Shown piece after piece: positions 28,622 to 40,387 of a DNA stretch of 64,000 nt (its first letter is position 1; every line of letters starts with the position of its first letter). Under the pieces are notes generated by a model, which was given only the letters and a program-made list of their open reading frames with translations, was not told where the DNA came from and did not search any database. Position numbers and translations under genes: made by a program. The stretch comes from Arcobacteraceae bacterium (GTDB lineage: Bacteria; Campylobacterota; Campylobacteria; Campylobacterales; Arcobacteraceae): the NCBI GenBank assembly GCA_965224485.1, contig CBDCZH010000005.1, positions 1 through 64,000 on the forward strand, written 5' to 3'.

Positions 28622-29806
28622 CTACCATTTTAAAGCTACTTTCGTTTTTTTATTTAAAACTGAATTTATTGCAATTTCAATATTATACTCTTTACAGATT
28701 AAAGAGACTATATTAAGCCCTATTCCAAAACCACCAACACTTCTATCAAAACGAGAATATCTATTGAACATAGTACTTATATGCTCTTTTTTAATACCTC
28801 TACCAGAATCTTCTATACTTAAGAAGTTATTTTTTAAGAGTATTTTAATTTCACCATTGATTTTATTATATTTTATGGCATTTGAAATTAAATTATCAAT
28901 TAATTTTGTTATTTTCTTATTATCACAAATAAAATACACTTCATTTTCAATTTCATTTTTAAATGTAATTTTTTTAACATCAGCTAGTGTTCTAAAATAT
29001 TCAACTCTTTGCTCTAAAATGTTAGATAAATTTAGCTTCTCATTTTGTGAAATTATCTTATTATGTAAGGTTAAAAAAGTTAAATCTTCATATATATTAG
29101 AAACAGTTTTAGCTCCTAACTCTATTCTATTGATTTTCTTTTTTAATTTTTCATCTTCTAATTTAGTTTTATCAATCATTTCTATATTTGCTAAGATTGC
29201 TGATATTGGTGTATTTAATTCATGAGTAGTATCTTTAATAAATCTATCTAATAAATGCATAGCATCTCTCATGGGAGACAAAAATATGTCTAGTAAAAAA
29301 TATCCTAAAACAATACTAATAAAAAGAGCACAAATTAAAAAAATAATTATATCTTCTAACAAGGTATCTAACCACAAAGACTTATCTTCAAGCTCAATAA
29401 TCACATATCTTGCTCCAAGGTAAAAAGCTTCTGGTTCTGTAATAAAATGAATATATTTAGAGCTTGTATAAGAAACTTCTTCAAAGTTTATTTTTTTTGA
29501 TTTTAAAGTTGAGAATATTAAAGTTTTATCACTATCATAAATTGCAGAATTAAATCTCTCATCCCTTGGGTAAAATTTATATCTGTCAAAATTTATATGT
29601 AAATCTTTTAATCGTTGTAATAACTCTTTTGCTAGGGGTTGAAATTCAACTCTTTTTTGCTGTAACATTAAATCTTTTTGAAAATTAAAGTAAATAACTG
29701 AAAGAAAAGAAAATATTAAAATACATAAAAAAGTATAGAGTATTAAAAAACGAAAAAGTGTTTTTTTCTCACTATGAATTAAATCTATATCCAAGTTTTT
29801 TAACAC
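28622..29806 (-). CDS. Sensor histidine kinase (DccS-like)
   Basis: Two TM helices; THELNTP, NLISNAIKY, DSGRGI, GFGIGL. Confidence 0.93.
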   Translation of the reverse strand: MLKNLDIDLIHSEKKTLFRFLILYTFLCILIFSFLSVIYFNFQKDLMLQQKRVEFQPLAKELLQRLKDLHINFDRYKFYPRDERFNSAIYDSDKTLIFSTLKSKKINFEEVSYTSSKYIHFITEPEAFYLGARYVIIELEDKSLWLDTLLEDIIIFLICALFISIVLGYFLLDIFLSPMRDAMHLLDRFIKDTTHELNTPISAILANIEMIDKTKLEDEKLKKKINRIELGAKTVSNIYEDLTFLTLHNKIISQNEKLNLSNILEQRVEYFRTLADVKKITFKNEIENEVYFICDNKKITKLIDNLISNAIKYNKINGEIKILLKNNFLSIEDSGRGIKKEHISTMFNRYSRFDRSVGGFGIGLNIVSLICKEYNIEIAINSVLNKKTKVALKW

Positions 29807-30440
29807 TAGTAATACTCTCCTTTCCTAGTATTTTTCTTAGGTTCTTAATATATGTTCGTAAAGAGAAATCACTGCTTTGTTCATCATATTCCCAGACATT
29901 CTGACAAATCATTTCATGAGAAAGTATAATATTTTTATTTTGTAAAAAGTATTTTAATAGTTTTGATTCTTTATTATTTAAACTTATTTCTTTCTCATTA
30001 ACAAATAAAGTATTATTATTAATATCATAATATTTACCAAGACTTAAAAGTACTTTATTTTCGACTTCATGGAAATAACCACGTTTTAGTATTGTTGTAA
30101 CTCTTAATAATAACTCTTTTAGCTCAAAAGGTTTTCTTATATAATCATCACAACCTGATTCAAATCCTTCTTCAAAAGAATCAATAGAATTTAAAGAAGT
30201 TATAAAAATAGCAGGAGTTTTAATATTTTGCTCTCTTATATTTTTTAAAAGATCAAAACCATTTAATAAAGGTACATTAACATCTAATAAAAGTAAATCA
30301 AAACTTTTTTCATAAACTTGTTCATAAGCATCTTCACCATCATAAGAAGAACTTATTTCAAAATCAAATTCACTTAAATAATCTGAGATAGTATCATTTA
30401 GTGTAATATCATCTTCCAAAAGTAAGATCTTCTTTTTCAT
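29772..30440 (-). CDS. OmpR-family response regulator (DccR-like)
   Basis: LLEDD, LLDVNVP, KPF, winged-helix GYRF. Confidence 0.94.
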   Translation of the reverse strand: MKKKILLLEDDITLNDTISDYLSEFDFEISSSYDGEDAYEQVYEKSFDLLLLDVNVPLLNGFDLLKNIREQNIKTPAIFITSLNSIDSFEEGFESGCDDYIRKPFELKELLLRVTTILKRGYFHEVENKVLLSLGKYYDINNNTLFVNEKEISLNNKESKLLKYFLQNKNIILSHEMICQNVWEYDEQSSDFSLRTYIKNLRKILGKESITSVKKLGYRFNS

Positions 30441-30652
30441 TATTTGCTCTTTTTCATATTCTTTTTATACATTCTTTTTTCTTTTTCACTCATGGTTGAA
30501 ACTCTTCTGTTAAGCTCACGTTTAAACTTATTTAAATCTTGTGCTTTTACATAACCAATAATAGCAATAAGTTCTTGTGTACTCATATTTGAATAATTCT
30601 CAGCTCTTAAAAAGGAGACGAGTATAAATAATATTAATAGTATTTTTTTCAT
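30440..30652 (-). CDS. Small exported protein (DUF1104-like)
   Basis: Signal peptide; YSNMSTQELI...GYV...F..EL.RR...M motif; translationally coupled to the regulator. Confidence 0.7.
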   Translation of the reverse strand: MKKILLILFILVSFLRAENYSNMSTQELIAIIGYVKAQDLNKFKRELNRRVSTMSEKEKRMYKKNMKKSK

Positions 30653-30785
30653 ATATAACTTTCATTTTAATTAATAAGCAATCATAACATAAGTATTGTG
30701 TAAGAATTGTAAAAAAATCCTTCTTAAACTTATTTTATATAAATTATTGTAAAATCTTAAAAATAATATAATATATAGGAATAAT

Positions 30786-31559
30786 ATGATGACAGAAGTT
30801 GGTAGACTATTTAATAAAGTTCCTTATGAAGTACGAGATAATGAGTGTGCTTATACTCCTATATATCACGTAGAAGAAGTAATTAACGACTTTTTAAATA
30901 ATTATATGATGACTATTGATGATTTGATGAGTGTATCTTCAAATAACCGAGATACAATTACAAATCTACATATAGTAATTAATGGTTTAATGCCAAAAGA
31001 TTCTATATCCATTGATTATAAACATGATAGTTTTGATATAAGTTTTGAAGAGTATAAAGAGCTAAAAACGAAAAGTAAAAATATAACTTCTTTAATGTTT
31101 ATAGAAAAGTTTAAACAAAATAAAGAACTAGAATTAGTTGAGATATTTGAAGCTATTATTGGATGTGATGGACAAAGATTATTTATATCATTAGCCCAAG
31201 ATAAGTTTAATATTTATAATCCAAGTTCAAAACTTTATTCTTATAGAAGAATATTAATAAGCAAGAAAAATATTCTAAAAGACATAGCTAAAAATTTTGA
31301 TATAAAATATGATAAATTGTATAAAGATTTAAACCCAAATATTATAAAAAAAGTATGTAAGGATTTAAGCTTAACCTATAAAAATCTAGCATTAGAAATA
31401 GGATATAAACCAGATACTATAAATAAAGCAGCTTCAAGTGCTAAAATAAGTGAGCAATTACAAAAAGCAGTTGAGATGTACTTAGAAAACTTAAGATTAA
31501 AAGAAGAGTTAAGTGATTTTGTAAATTTAAAACAAATACTTAAAAATATTTTAACCTAA
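30786..31559 (+). CDS. Protein with C-terminal XRE-like HTH
   Basis: NIIKKVCKDLSLTYKNLALEIGYKPDTINK followed by a coiled coil; N-terminus unrecognised. Confidence 0.6.
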   Translation: MMTEVGRLFNKVPYEVRDNECAYTPIYHVEEVINDFLNNYMMTIDDLMSVSSNNRDTITNLHIVINGLMPKDSISIDYKHDSFDISFEEYKELKTKSKNITSLMFIEKFKQNKELELVEIFEAIIGCDGQRLFISLAQDKFNIYNPSSKLYSYRRILISKKNILKDIAKNFDIKYDKLYKDLNPNIIKKVCKDLSLTYKNLALEIGYKPDTINKAASSAKISEQLQKAVEMYLENLRLKEELSDFVNLKQILKNILT

Positions 31560-31608
31560 GAAAGTAAGACTAAAATTATTAAAACCAAACTATAAAAAAG
31601 AGAGAATT

Positions 31609-31905
31609 ATGAGAAAAAAAAATATTTTTAAAACTATTTTACTAACAAGTATCATATCTTTGATATTTACATCTTGTTCTAATACCACAAACGAAGAAGA
31701 ATGGACTTCTTTTGTATACCCAGATAAACAAAATCAAAAAAGAAGTATAAAAGTAGGAGTTTATAAAAGTTATAAAGAGTGTAAAAAAGCTTCCCAAGAA
31801 AAACTATTAGATATAAAAGCAAATGAATTAGGTTTTTATAAATGTGGTTTAGGCTGTATTTTTCATGAAGGTATGAAAAATGATATTTGTACAAAAATGA
31901 AATAA
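31609..31905 (+). CDS. Small lipoprotein
   Basis: Lipobox IFTSC; four further Cys. Confidence 0.75.
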   Translation: MRKKNIFKTILLTSIISLIFTSCSNTTNEEEWTSFVYPDKQNQKRSIKVGVYKSYKECKKASQEKLLDIKANELGFYKCGLGCIFHEGMKNDICTKMK

Positions 31906-32038
31906 TAATTTTTTTGTTTTCTTAACTTTTATAATAGAGATACAAGTATTAACTTAAAAAAGATAAGCTAATATGGGTATTATTACTTAAGAGAAAGATA
32001 AATTTCTCTTAAGTATATTTCAAAATGTAGTGTAAATA

Positions 32039-34249
32039 CTAAAAACTATCCCATGAATCATCATTATTATTAGAACTTATAATTTTATTTGATTCTGCTT
32101 TGTTTACTTTATTTTCACTTTTTATCTTTGCAGGTTCTTCTTGTGAATAGTTATCAATTCGTATACTATTTTTACCTTCAAACTCTTTTTCATTAGCATG
32201 AGATACAACTAGTTTTGCAATTTCATCTGTTTTCATTGCAACCTTTTGTGTTTCACTCGCTATTGAAGCATTTTGCTGTGTTTGCTGATCTAATTGTGTT
32301 ACTGCATCATTAATTTGCTCAACACCAGACTGTTGTTCTTTACTTGAAGACTCAACGTCAGCTATTAGCTGTGTTGTTTTTAAAATATTCTCATTTAAGG
32401 TTAAATAACCTTCAATCATTTTATTTGAAATTATTTTTCCATCATTTGCTTTCTTTGTTGCATTTTCTACTAAGTCTTTTATCTCTTTAGCAGCTTCAGC
32501 AGATCTACTTGCAAGATTTCTTACTTCTTGGGCAACTACTGCAAAACCTTTTCCAGCTTCACCTGCTGTTGCTGCTTCTACTGCTGCATTTAAAGATAAT
32601 ATATTAGTTTGGAAAGCAATTTGATCAATTACTGAAATAGCTTCATTAATTGCATTAACTTGCTCATTTATTTCATCCATTGAAGAAGTTGTTTCTTTTG
32701 CTAGGTTTTCACCTTCATTTGCAGATTTTGTAAGCTCTTTTGCATAATCAGAAATTTGAGATACTGTTTGAGTATTATTTATAATAGTTGAAGTAATCTC
32801 TTCTAATGCGGCTGCTGTTTCTTCTAATGAAGCTGCTGTTTTATTTGAATTAGTACTTAGAGTATCCATATTATTAACTAATGTAGCGGCACTATTATCT
32901 AAAATCATTCCATTTTTTTTATTATCAACTAACATTTGAGTAATAGAAGTTCCTAAAGTATTAACACCACTTGATAGTTTGAGTAAGTGTTCTTTTAATC
33001 CATTTTCATTAACTTTATTCATATAGTTGTAAGAAGAGTACTGTTCTAATATATTTAAAATATTATCAATATTACTCTCCATAGTATTACCCATTTTATT
33101 AATAACATCTTTTAGTTCATTTAAAGCTGGATTATTTGAATCTCCAGATATTCTTTGACACATATCTCCTGATTCAAATTCACTCATAACTCTTATACCT
33201 TCATCAATTAATTCTCTCTCTTTTTCAATTGATTCTTTTGTTGAGTTAATATTTACATTTACTACTTTTGCCATCATTCCAAACTCATCATTTGAGCTTT
33301 CATCTAAAAGTTTAACAGTATCTTCTTCTCTATTTAAGTACTTAAAGAAAGAACTAAGTCCATTTTGAAAAGATATAATTGATTTACCAATATTGCTAGC
33401 AATTAAAGATGAGAAAAGAATAATAAACAAAATTCCTATACAGGATATAATATAACTTGTAAGTTCCATACTATCAGTTTTACTATTTATCTCTTCACTT
33501 AATTCCTTAGATAAACTTTTTAATGAAATATCTGCTTGTTTAATGATTTTTCTCATTTTTCCATTTAAAGCTAATGTTTTATTAAGTCCTATATTTTCTT
33601 CTTCTTTTACAAGTTGTAAAAAATATTTTTTATAATTTTTTAATAAATCTAAGGTTTCATCTTCACTATATATAAGCATAGCATTTATTTTTTTATTAAA
33701 TTTATCTACATATTTTAAATCTCGTCTTAACATAAAATCTTTTTCATGTTTTCTTAGTTCATATACTTGTGAAAGAAAATTTGAATTATTTATACTTCGT
33801 GCAAAATTCTGTAATTTTGAAGCTGTTACTCTTAATTCTCCATATAAACCAGTTGAGGGAGTAAGTCCTATATGTTCTTGTTTTTTAATAATTTCTAAAA
33901 ATATACTATGATATTCATTTATAATTTTATTTAAATCATTTACATATTTTTCATCTAAATCATGATCTTTAACAAATAAAGATAAGTGATTTAAGTTTTT
34001 TTGTAAAACTTTTACATCTTTAGTAAATTTAGCTCTATATTTCAACTCTTTAATCATTATGAAATCTTTTTCATGTTTTCTTAAAGTTAAAATATTTGTT
34101 GAAACTTTTTCTACCTCATTTTGAATAGTAGAAAATTCTTTAATACTAGATATTGAAGTTATTAGTAAAACTAATAATACTGCCATTCCTAAAATCGATA
34201 AACCTGTTGATAACCTAAGTTTTGACTTTATAGTCAAGTTTTTAAACAT
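32039..34249 (-). CDS. Methyl-accepting chemotaxis protein (helical periplasmic sensor)
   Basis: Two TM helices; repeated [25 protein letters not shown]...[15 protein letters not shown]. Confidence 0.95.
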   Translation of the reverse strand: MFKNLTIKSKLRLSTGLSILGMAVLLVLLITSISSIKEFSTIQNEVEKVSTNILTLRKHEKDFIMIKELKYRAKFTKDVKVLQKNLNHLSLFVKDHDLDEKYVNDLNKIINEYHSIFLEIIKKQEHIGLTPSTGLYGELRVTASKLQNFARSINNSNFLSQVYELRKHEKDFMLRRDLKYVDKFNKKINAMLIYSEDETLDLLKNYKKYFLQLVKEEENIGLNKTLALNGKMRKIIKQADISLKSLSKELSEEINSKTDSMELTSYIISCIGILFIILFSSLIASNIGKSIISFQNGLSSFFKYLNREEDTVKLLDESSNDEFGMMAKVVNVNINSTKESIEKERELIDEGIRVMSEFESGDMCQRISGDSNNPALNELKDVINKMGNTMESNIDNILNILEQYSSYNYMNKVNENGLKEHLLKLSSGVNTLGTSITQMLVDNKKNGMILDNSAATLVNNMDTLSTNSNKTAASLEETAAALEEITSTIINNTQTVSQISDYAKELTKSANEGENLAKETTSSMDEINEQVNAINEAISVIDQIAFQTNILSLNAAVEAATAGEAGKGFAVVAQEVRNLASRSAEAAKEIKDLVENATKKANDGKIISNKMIEGYLTLNENILKTTQLIADVESSSKEQQSGVEQINDAVTQLDQQTQQNASIASETQKVAMKTDEIAKLVVSHANEKEFEGKNSIRIDNYSQEEPAKIKSENKVNKAESNKIISSNNNDDSWDSF

Positions 34250-34403
34250 TTATACCCTTTTTATAAATTTTTTTTATATTATATAATATTTTTGCTTACT
34301 TGAGAATTGAATAAAAAACTTAATTTGTAGTATAAATCATATATTAATATACAATTTTAATTATACATAGAAATTAAAGATTTGAAAAATTATTTTTATG
34401 AAA

Positions 34404-34725
34404 ATAGGCACAGCGTAAGCCGAGTTTTGTCGTGGATGATAATTTGTCTAGTTGTTAAATTACTTAAACAATCTTGCGAAGAACAAAAACTGTGAAACGA
34501 AATACCAGTTCTTCTTGCTGCTGGTTGGGTTTACATAAAATTAAGATTACTCAAAATCGAAGTAGGCTCTTACCCCACTGTTTCACCCTTACCAATAAAT
34601 TGGCGGTTTACTTTCTGTTGCACTATCCCTTAGGTTACCCTAGCCATTCTTTAAATGGAACCATGTTTCACTGCAGCCCGGACTTTCCTCTTGAATTACT
34701 TCAAGCTATCATCTGCTATACCTAT
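34404..34725 (-). ncRNA. rnpB: RNase P RNA
   Basis: Minus strand GAGGAAAGTCCGGG, AGTGCAACAGAAAG and ACAAAACTCGGCTTA; terminal P1 helix ATAGGTATAGC/GCTGTGCCTAT; -10 TACAAT at 34738-34733. Confidence 0.96.
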
Positions 34726-34987
34726 AATCGGCATTGTATCTAAAAAGTCTTTACTTTCTTATTATATGGTAACAACTTACATTCTTAATTTTCATAAAAT
34801 TCTAAAAGTTTACTTTTAATAGCTCAAGCATACATATATCTTAAGTAAAATAAACTATATTTTCTTCTTTAGATTTTAAAAATATTATTTAAGTGTTATT
34901 CCTATAAAAACTAATGAAGCTTCTATTTTTTCTCGCTATTGTAAAGTTGGTTTAATTCTATTTGTAGCATTATTATTAATAATTTAT

Positions 34988-36946
34988 TTAAAAACTCTCC
35001 CAAGAATCTTCATCAGATGAAACAACAATTTCATTTGTTTTACTTTCTTTTTCCTTTTTTATATTCTTATTAGAGTCCCTTAAAAAGTTTTCTTTATCAA
35101 CTTTTACTCCTTCTAATTGAATATTTTTTTTTCCTTCAAACTCTTTTTCATTAGCATCAGCTACTACTAATTTAGCAATTTCATCTGTTTTTTGTGCAAC
35201 CTTTTGTGTTTGGCTTGCTATTGAAGCATTTTGCTGTGTTTGCTGATCTAATTTGGTTACTGCATCATTAATTTGTTCAACACCAGACTGTTGTTCTTTA
35301 CTTGAAGACTCAACGTCAGCTATTAGCTGTGTTGTTTTTAAAATATTCTCATTTAAGGTTAAATAACCTTCAATCATTTTATTTGAAATTAATTTCCCAT
35401 CATTTGCTTTCTTTGTTGCATTTTCTACTAAGTCTTTTATCTCTTTAGCAGCTTCAGCAGATCTACTTGCAAGATTTCTTACTTCTTGGGCAACTACTGC
35501 AAAACCTTTTCCAGCTTCACCTGCTGTTGCTGCTTCTACTGCTGCATTTAAAGATAATATATTTGTTTGGAAAGCAATTTGATCAATTACTGAAATAGCT
35601 TCATTAATTGCATTAACTTGCTCATTTATTTCATCCATTGAAGAAGTTGTTTCTTTTGCTAGGTTTTCACCTTCATTTGCAGATTTTGTAAGCTCTTTTG
35701 CATAATCAGAAATTTGAGATACACTTTGAGTATTACTTATAATTGTAGCTGTTATTTCTTCTAGGGCGGCGGCTGTTTCTTCAAGAGAAGAAGCTGTTTC
35801 ATTTGAATTAGTACTTAAAGTATCCATATTTTTCACTAATACAACGGCACTTTGATCTAAAATCATTCCATTTCTTTTATTATCAACTAACATTTTAGTA
35901 ATAGAATCACCAACTACATTAACGCCATTTGCAAGTTTTAATAAATGTTGTTTTAATCCATTTTCATCAACTCTATTCATATAGTTATATGAAGAATACT
36001 GCTCTAAGACATTTAAAATATTATCAATATTATGCTCCATAGTATTACCCATTTTATTGATTACATTTTTTAGTTCATTTAAAGCTGGATTATTTGAATC
36101 TCCAGATATTCTTTGACACATATCTCCTGATTCAAACTCACTCATAACTAAAACACCTTCATCTATTAGTTTTCTTTCTTTTTCAATAGATTCTTTTGTT
36201 GAGTTAATATTTACATTTACTACTTTTGCCATCATTCCAAACTCATCACTTGAGCTTTCATCTAAAAGTTTAACAGTATCTTCTTCTCTATTTAAGTATT
36301 TGAAAAATACTAAGAGTCCTTCTTTAAAGTTATTTAATGATTTTATAATTATATTTGATAAAAATATTGAGAACAGTATAAATATAAGAATAGAAACAAT
36401 TGCAATAATAGTTAAAATATTGGTTAAAGTAGAATTAGCTTTATGTTCTAATGAAATTGCACTTTTATTTATATCCTTTAACTCTTTTTCCAATGAATTA
36501 CCAATATTTACCATTTTTTTAATAATACTTATTAATTCATAGCTTTCATCTTTTACGCCATTATTCACATCTTTTATTCTTACGCTTGAAAACTCATCAA
36601 AATACTTTATATAATTCTTTGAAAAGTTAATTATTCTTTCACTTCTTATTATATTTTTTTTAACAGTTAATGTAGAAATAAAAGAAGAAACATTTTTTTC
36701 AAGATTAGAAAAATCAGTTCTTACCTTTTGGGCTTTTTCTGCACTAGGAGATCTTAAAAACTGATAAACAGAAATCCGTCCTTTTAAAATAATTTGATTG
36801 AAAACTTCAGTTTTTTGTGCTGCTTGTATTGCCTGATTAAGAGAAGTATTATATGTAATATAAACAATTCCCACTATAAGTACTATTATTGTAAAAATTA
36901 ATGGAAGAAGCATTAATTTCATTTTAGTTGATAAATTCTTAAACAT
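34988..36946 (-). CDS. Methyl-accepting chemotaxis protein
   Basis: Two TM helices; same signalling hairpin as 32039-34249. Confidence 0.95.
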   Translation of the reverse strand: MFKNLSTKMKLMLLPLIFTIIVLIVGIVYITYNTSLNQAIQAAQKTEVFNQIILKGRISVYQFLRSPSAEKAQKVRTDFSNLEKNVSSFISTLTVKKNIIRSERIINFSKNYIKYFDEFSSVRIKDVNNGVKDESYELISIIKKMVNIGNSLEKELKDINKSAISLEHKANSTLTNILTIIAIVSILIFILFSIFLSNIIIKSLNNFKEGLLVFFKYLNREEDTVKLLDESSSDEFGMMAKVVNVNINSTKESIEKERKLIDEGVLVMSEFESGDMCQRISGDSNNPALNELKNVINKMGNTMEHNIDNILNVLEQYSSYNYMNRVDENGLKQHLLKLANGVNVVGDSITKMLVDNKRNGMILDQSAVVLVKNMDTLSTNSNETASSLEETAAALEEITATIISNTQSVSQISDYAKELTKSANEGENLAKETTSSMDEINEQVNAINEAISVIDQIAFQTNILSLNAAVEAATAGEAGKGFAVVAQEVRNLASRSAEAAKEIKDLVENATKKANDGKLISNKMIEGYLTLNENILKTTQLIADVESSSKEQQSGVEQINDAVTKLDQQTQQNASIASQTQKVAQKTDEIAKLVVADANEKEFEGKKNIQLEGVKVDKENFLRDSNKNIKKEKESKTNEIVVSSDEDSWESF

Positions 36947-37000
36947 TTTTTTTCCTTTGAATTTTAATTCTTTGTTTCTTTATTTTTTTACATTTATTTT

Positions 37001-39152
37001 TTAATCAGCATATTTATTCCTTGTATTAATAAAGATATCAAGATTATTCATAAATAAGTCAATAAGTATAGGATCAAAATGTTTGGCTTTTTGTTCTATA
37101 AATAAGGCAAATATATCTTCATCTTTCCATGCTTTTTTATAAACTCTTTGACTTCCTAAAGCATCAAAAACATCAGCAACAGCAGTTATTCTTCCATATA
37201 TATGTATTTTCTCACCTTTTAGGCCTTTTGGGTATCCACTACCATCATACTTCTCATGATGCTGCATAGATACAATAGCAGCTGCTTGTAAAATCGGTTC
37301 ATTTGAACCTCTCAAAATATCAAATCCTAATTCTGAGTGAGTTTTCATAACTTCAAACTCTTCTTTTGTTAATTTCCCTGGTTTCTTTAATATTTCATCA
37401 GGAATACCAACTTTTCCAATATCGTGCATAGGGGAAGCTGTAAATAATATTTCTGCTTCTTTTTTGCTCATTCCAGATAAAAGTGCTAAATCTTTAGAGT
37501 ATTGGGCAACCCTTCTTACATGACCTCCTGTCTCTTTACTTCTAGTTTCAGCAATTTCCCCCATTTTATAGATAATTGTTCTTTGTCTATCTTCTATTTC
37601 TTTATGAAGACGTATAATCTTTGTTATATTCTGTCTGATTTCCATATACTCATAAATTTTTTCATTTTTATCTTTGATTGGAATAATAGTAGCGATAGTA
37701 TAAAATATTTCTTTATTTTTTGAAATATTAGATAAGCTTCCTTTCCATACACCTTTCTCAGCAATAGTATTAAATATCTCTTTTATATCTTGAGCAGATG
37801 ATTGTAAAAATGAATATTCTTTACCTATAAGTTCTTTTTTTGTATATCCACTTAGTTTATAAAACAATGGATTTGCATAAATAATTTGTTTAGATAGATT
37901 TAATCTAAGAATTATATTACTTTTTTCTAAAGCATCTTTATACAACTCAGAACTGCTTAGTGCCATATTTAATATCTTAGAATCTTCTACTAATAGTTTT
38001 TTTGAGAAAGTAAACTGATTATGTAAATTTTTAATTTTTGAATTAATTTTTTTGTTAAAATTTACTTTATTATTCATTAGTTTAATTTCACTAGTGCCTT
38101 TATTAATATATTTAAAAATCACATCCATATTAAACAATAAATATTCAAAAGTTTTATAAATATCTTTAGAAATTTTACGCTCTAAAAGAAATAAAAACAT
38201 TAGGCAAAAGATAACAAAGAATAAGCAGTAATACATCTCATTTCTTGCCTCATTTCTTAAATCTTTAAAGTTTTTTTTTAATTTATGTAAAAGAAGATTA
38301 CTTAAAATATAAATTTTATTCATTTTTTTTTCTATTTCTAAAAATAAATTTTTATTTTTTAAAAATTTCTTTGTTAAATGTTTATCTAAAAGTAAAAAAG
38401 AAGTATTCGTTTTATGTAAACTTTGAAAAATATTATTTTTTTCAATATTTTTTAATTTATTCATAAATTCAGAACTTGAATAATAATAAAAACTATTAAA
38501 GTAAACACTTTTACTATAAATTAATTTATAAAATAATTCTTTTGATTTGAAAGTTTGATTTTTCTTCTTTGTTTAAATACGAAAATAAAAGAGTTTTATT
38601 TACAAATAATTCTTTTATTTTTAATAATTTTTGAAAAGAAATAAATTCATTTTTCAAATCTTCATTTTTAATATTTTGAGAAAGAAGTAGAACAAATTTG
38701 GATAGATTAGTGTTTACATTTGTATAAAAAGTAATAATTTCTAGTTTAGAAAAAGCTTTATACTCAAAATTCTTTCTGAATTCTTTTAATAATAAAAAAG
38801 ATTTATTAATTTTCACGACTTTTTCTTCAAGTTTTTTATTTAAAATAATTTTTTTAAAACTTTTATTCAATAATAATATTTTATTATCACTAATATTTAT
38901 TTCTCTTGATATTCTTATTTTATTGGATAACTTTTTTTTGTCTAGATACTCAATTAATAGCATTTTTTCTAATTCAATACTGTTAATTATTGAATTAATT
39001 TTAAGCGAAAGTTCAATTATATTTTCACTATAATCTAGCTTTTTAAAATTATTATATTTATTATTAGTTAATAATAGCCCAAAAAAAACCACACAAGTTA
39101 AAGGAATAATAATTAATATTATTAATCTGTTCTTAATTGAAAAATCATTCAT
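37001..39152 (-). pseudogene. NIT-like sensor / PAS / HD-GYP phosphodiesterase split by a single frameshift (ORFs 38526-39152 and 37001-38464)
   Basis: The frame of the downstream ORF stays open upstream to ~38575. Removing one base from the T5 run 38559-38563 fuses both into 716 aa. Motifs MHDIGK, HHEKYDGSGYP, PAS YANPLF...SGY. Confidence 0.7.
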
Positions 39153-39301
39153 AAATATTAATCCTTTTTATATGTATTTGTTATAATCTAGATAAAGAGC
39201 CCTTGTAGCCAGGAGCCACAAGATAAAAACTTACTATAGTTAGTTGAGTAAGTATTCTATGGTTTATATACTTATAGTTAGTTTAACTAAAGGTAAAAAG
39301 T

Positions 39302-39553
39302 ATGAAAGAGTGTAGTATTACAAATATAAAAATGCAAAATATTTATAAAAACATTGGAAAAAGAGTAAAAAAAATAAGAAAAGAAAAAGGAGTATCTCAA
39401 TTAGCATTATCAGTTGCTATTGGACATAAAGCAGTTGGAACCATATCTATGGCAGAATTATGTATTAACAAAAAACATTTTAATATAGAGCATTTGGTAA
39501 AAATTGCTGATGTTTTAGAAGTAGATATAAATGTTTTTTTAAACTTTAAGTAG
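39302..39553 (+). CDS. XRE-family HTH regulator
   Basis: IGKRVKKIRKEKGVSQLALS...LVKIADVLEV. Confidence 0.88.
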   Translation: MKECSITNIKMQNIYKNIGKRVKKIRKEKGVSQLALSVAIGHKAVGTISMAELCINKKHFNIEHLVKIADVLEVDINVFLNFK

Positions 39554-39777
39554 TATAATTTAAAAAAATACATAATAAACTAAGTTATTTTGATAACTAC
39601 TAGTTGAAATTAAAATAATGCAAACTAGTTTTTCTTTAAATATTTTTCTATTTTATAAAAAATTAAGAGTTTACTTTATCTTACAACTCTTAATTAGCCA
39701 ATAACTTTGTAAATGAAAAGCTAGGTTATGAAGTTTACAAGTATTACTATGCTAGGGATAAGCAGTTATAAAAGTCT

Positions 39778-40305
39778 TTATTTTCTTATTATGTCGTAAT
39801 AAGAAGGAGGTGAAAAGTTAAATATTTCATCACTTATGTATTTATTTTGTTTAATTTTTGTAAATTTTATCAAAACCTTATTTTCTAATTCATCTTCATA
39901 TCTAATTTGTGTTATTTTTTGATTTTCTAAGAAAATTTTATATTTTCTTTTATTAATTGTAGCTTCATATATATTTACATCTATTTTTTTAGATGTTTTT
40001 ATGATTTTTAATAAATTTAGATCATTTTGCAGTTTTGTAAAAATAGCTTGTTCTAATTCTGGTTCATCAACTATTGCAAAAGCATTAATAACATATACAT
40101 TTTTAATAATTGGAGTTTTGTATTGCCATAATATTTTAGAAGGTTCTTTTATAAAAAGTTTTCCTTTATATTCAATACTTTTATTACTAGAATTCTTAAT
40201 AGTTTGTACAAAATTAGCCTCAAAACTCTTCAAAGAATCAAAAATATTAGCACTTGCACTAAGGCTTAAAAAAAACAAAGAAATAATAACTACTCTATAA
40301 AACAT
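39778..40305 (-). CDS. lolA: Lipoprotein chaperone LolA
   Basis: SFEANFVQ, WQYKTP, EPELEQA; divergent from secA. Confidence 0.88.
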   Translation of the reverse strand: MFYRVVIISLFFLSLSASANIFDSLKSFEANFVQTIKNSSNKSIEYKGKLFIKEPSKILWQYKTPIIKNVYVINAFAIVDEPELEQAIFTKLQNDLNLLKIIKTSKKIDVNIYEATINKRKYKIFLENQKITQIRYEDELENKVLIKFTKIKQNKYISDEIFNFSPPSYYDIIRK

Positions 40306-40387
40306 ATTTTAACCTTTATTTGTATATAATCTTGCGATTATAACCAATATTAAATTAAGTGTTACATACACTAAAGGAATAAATTTT

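Noticed and set aside
30786..31559. Prophage remnant suggested by the HTH protein
   Set aside because: No integrase, structural or replication genes nearby.
34474..34743. 89-aa ORF
   Set aside because: Antisense to RNase P RNA; spurious.
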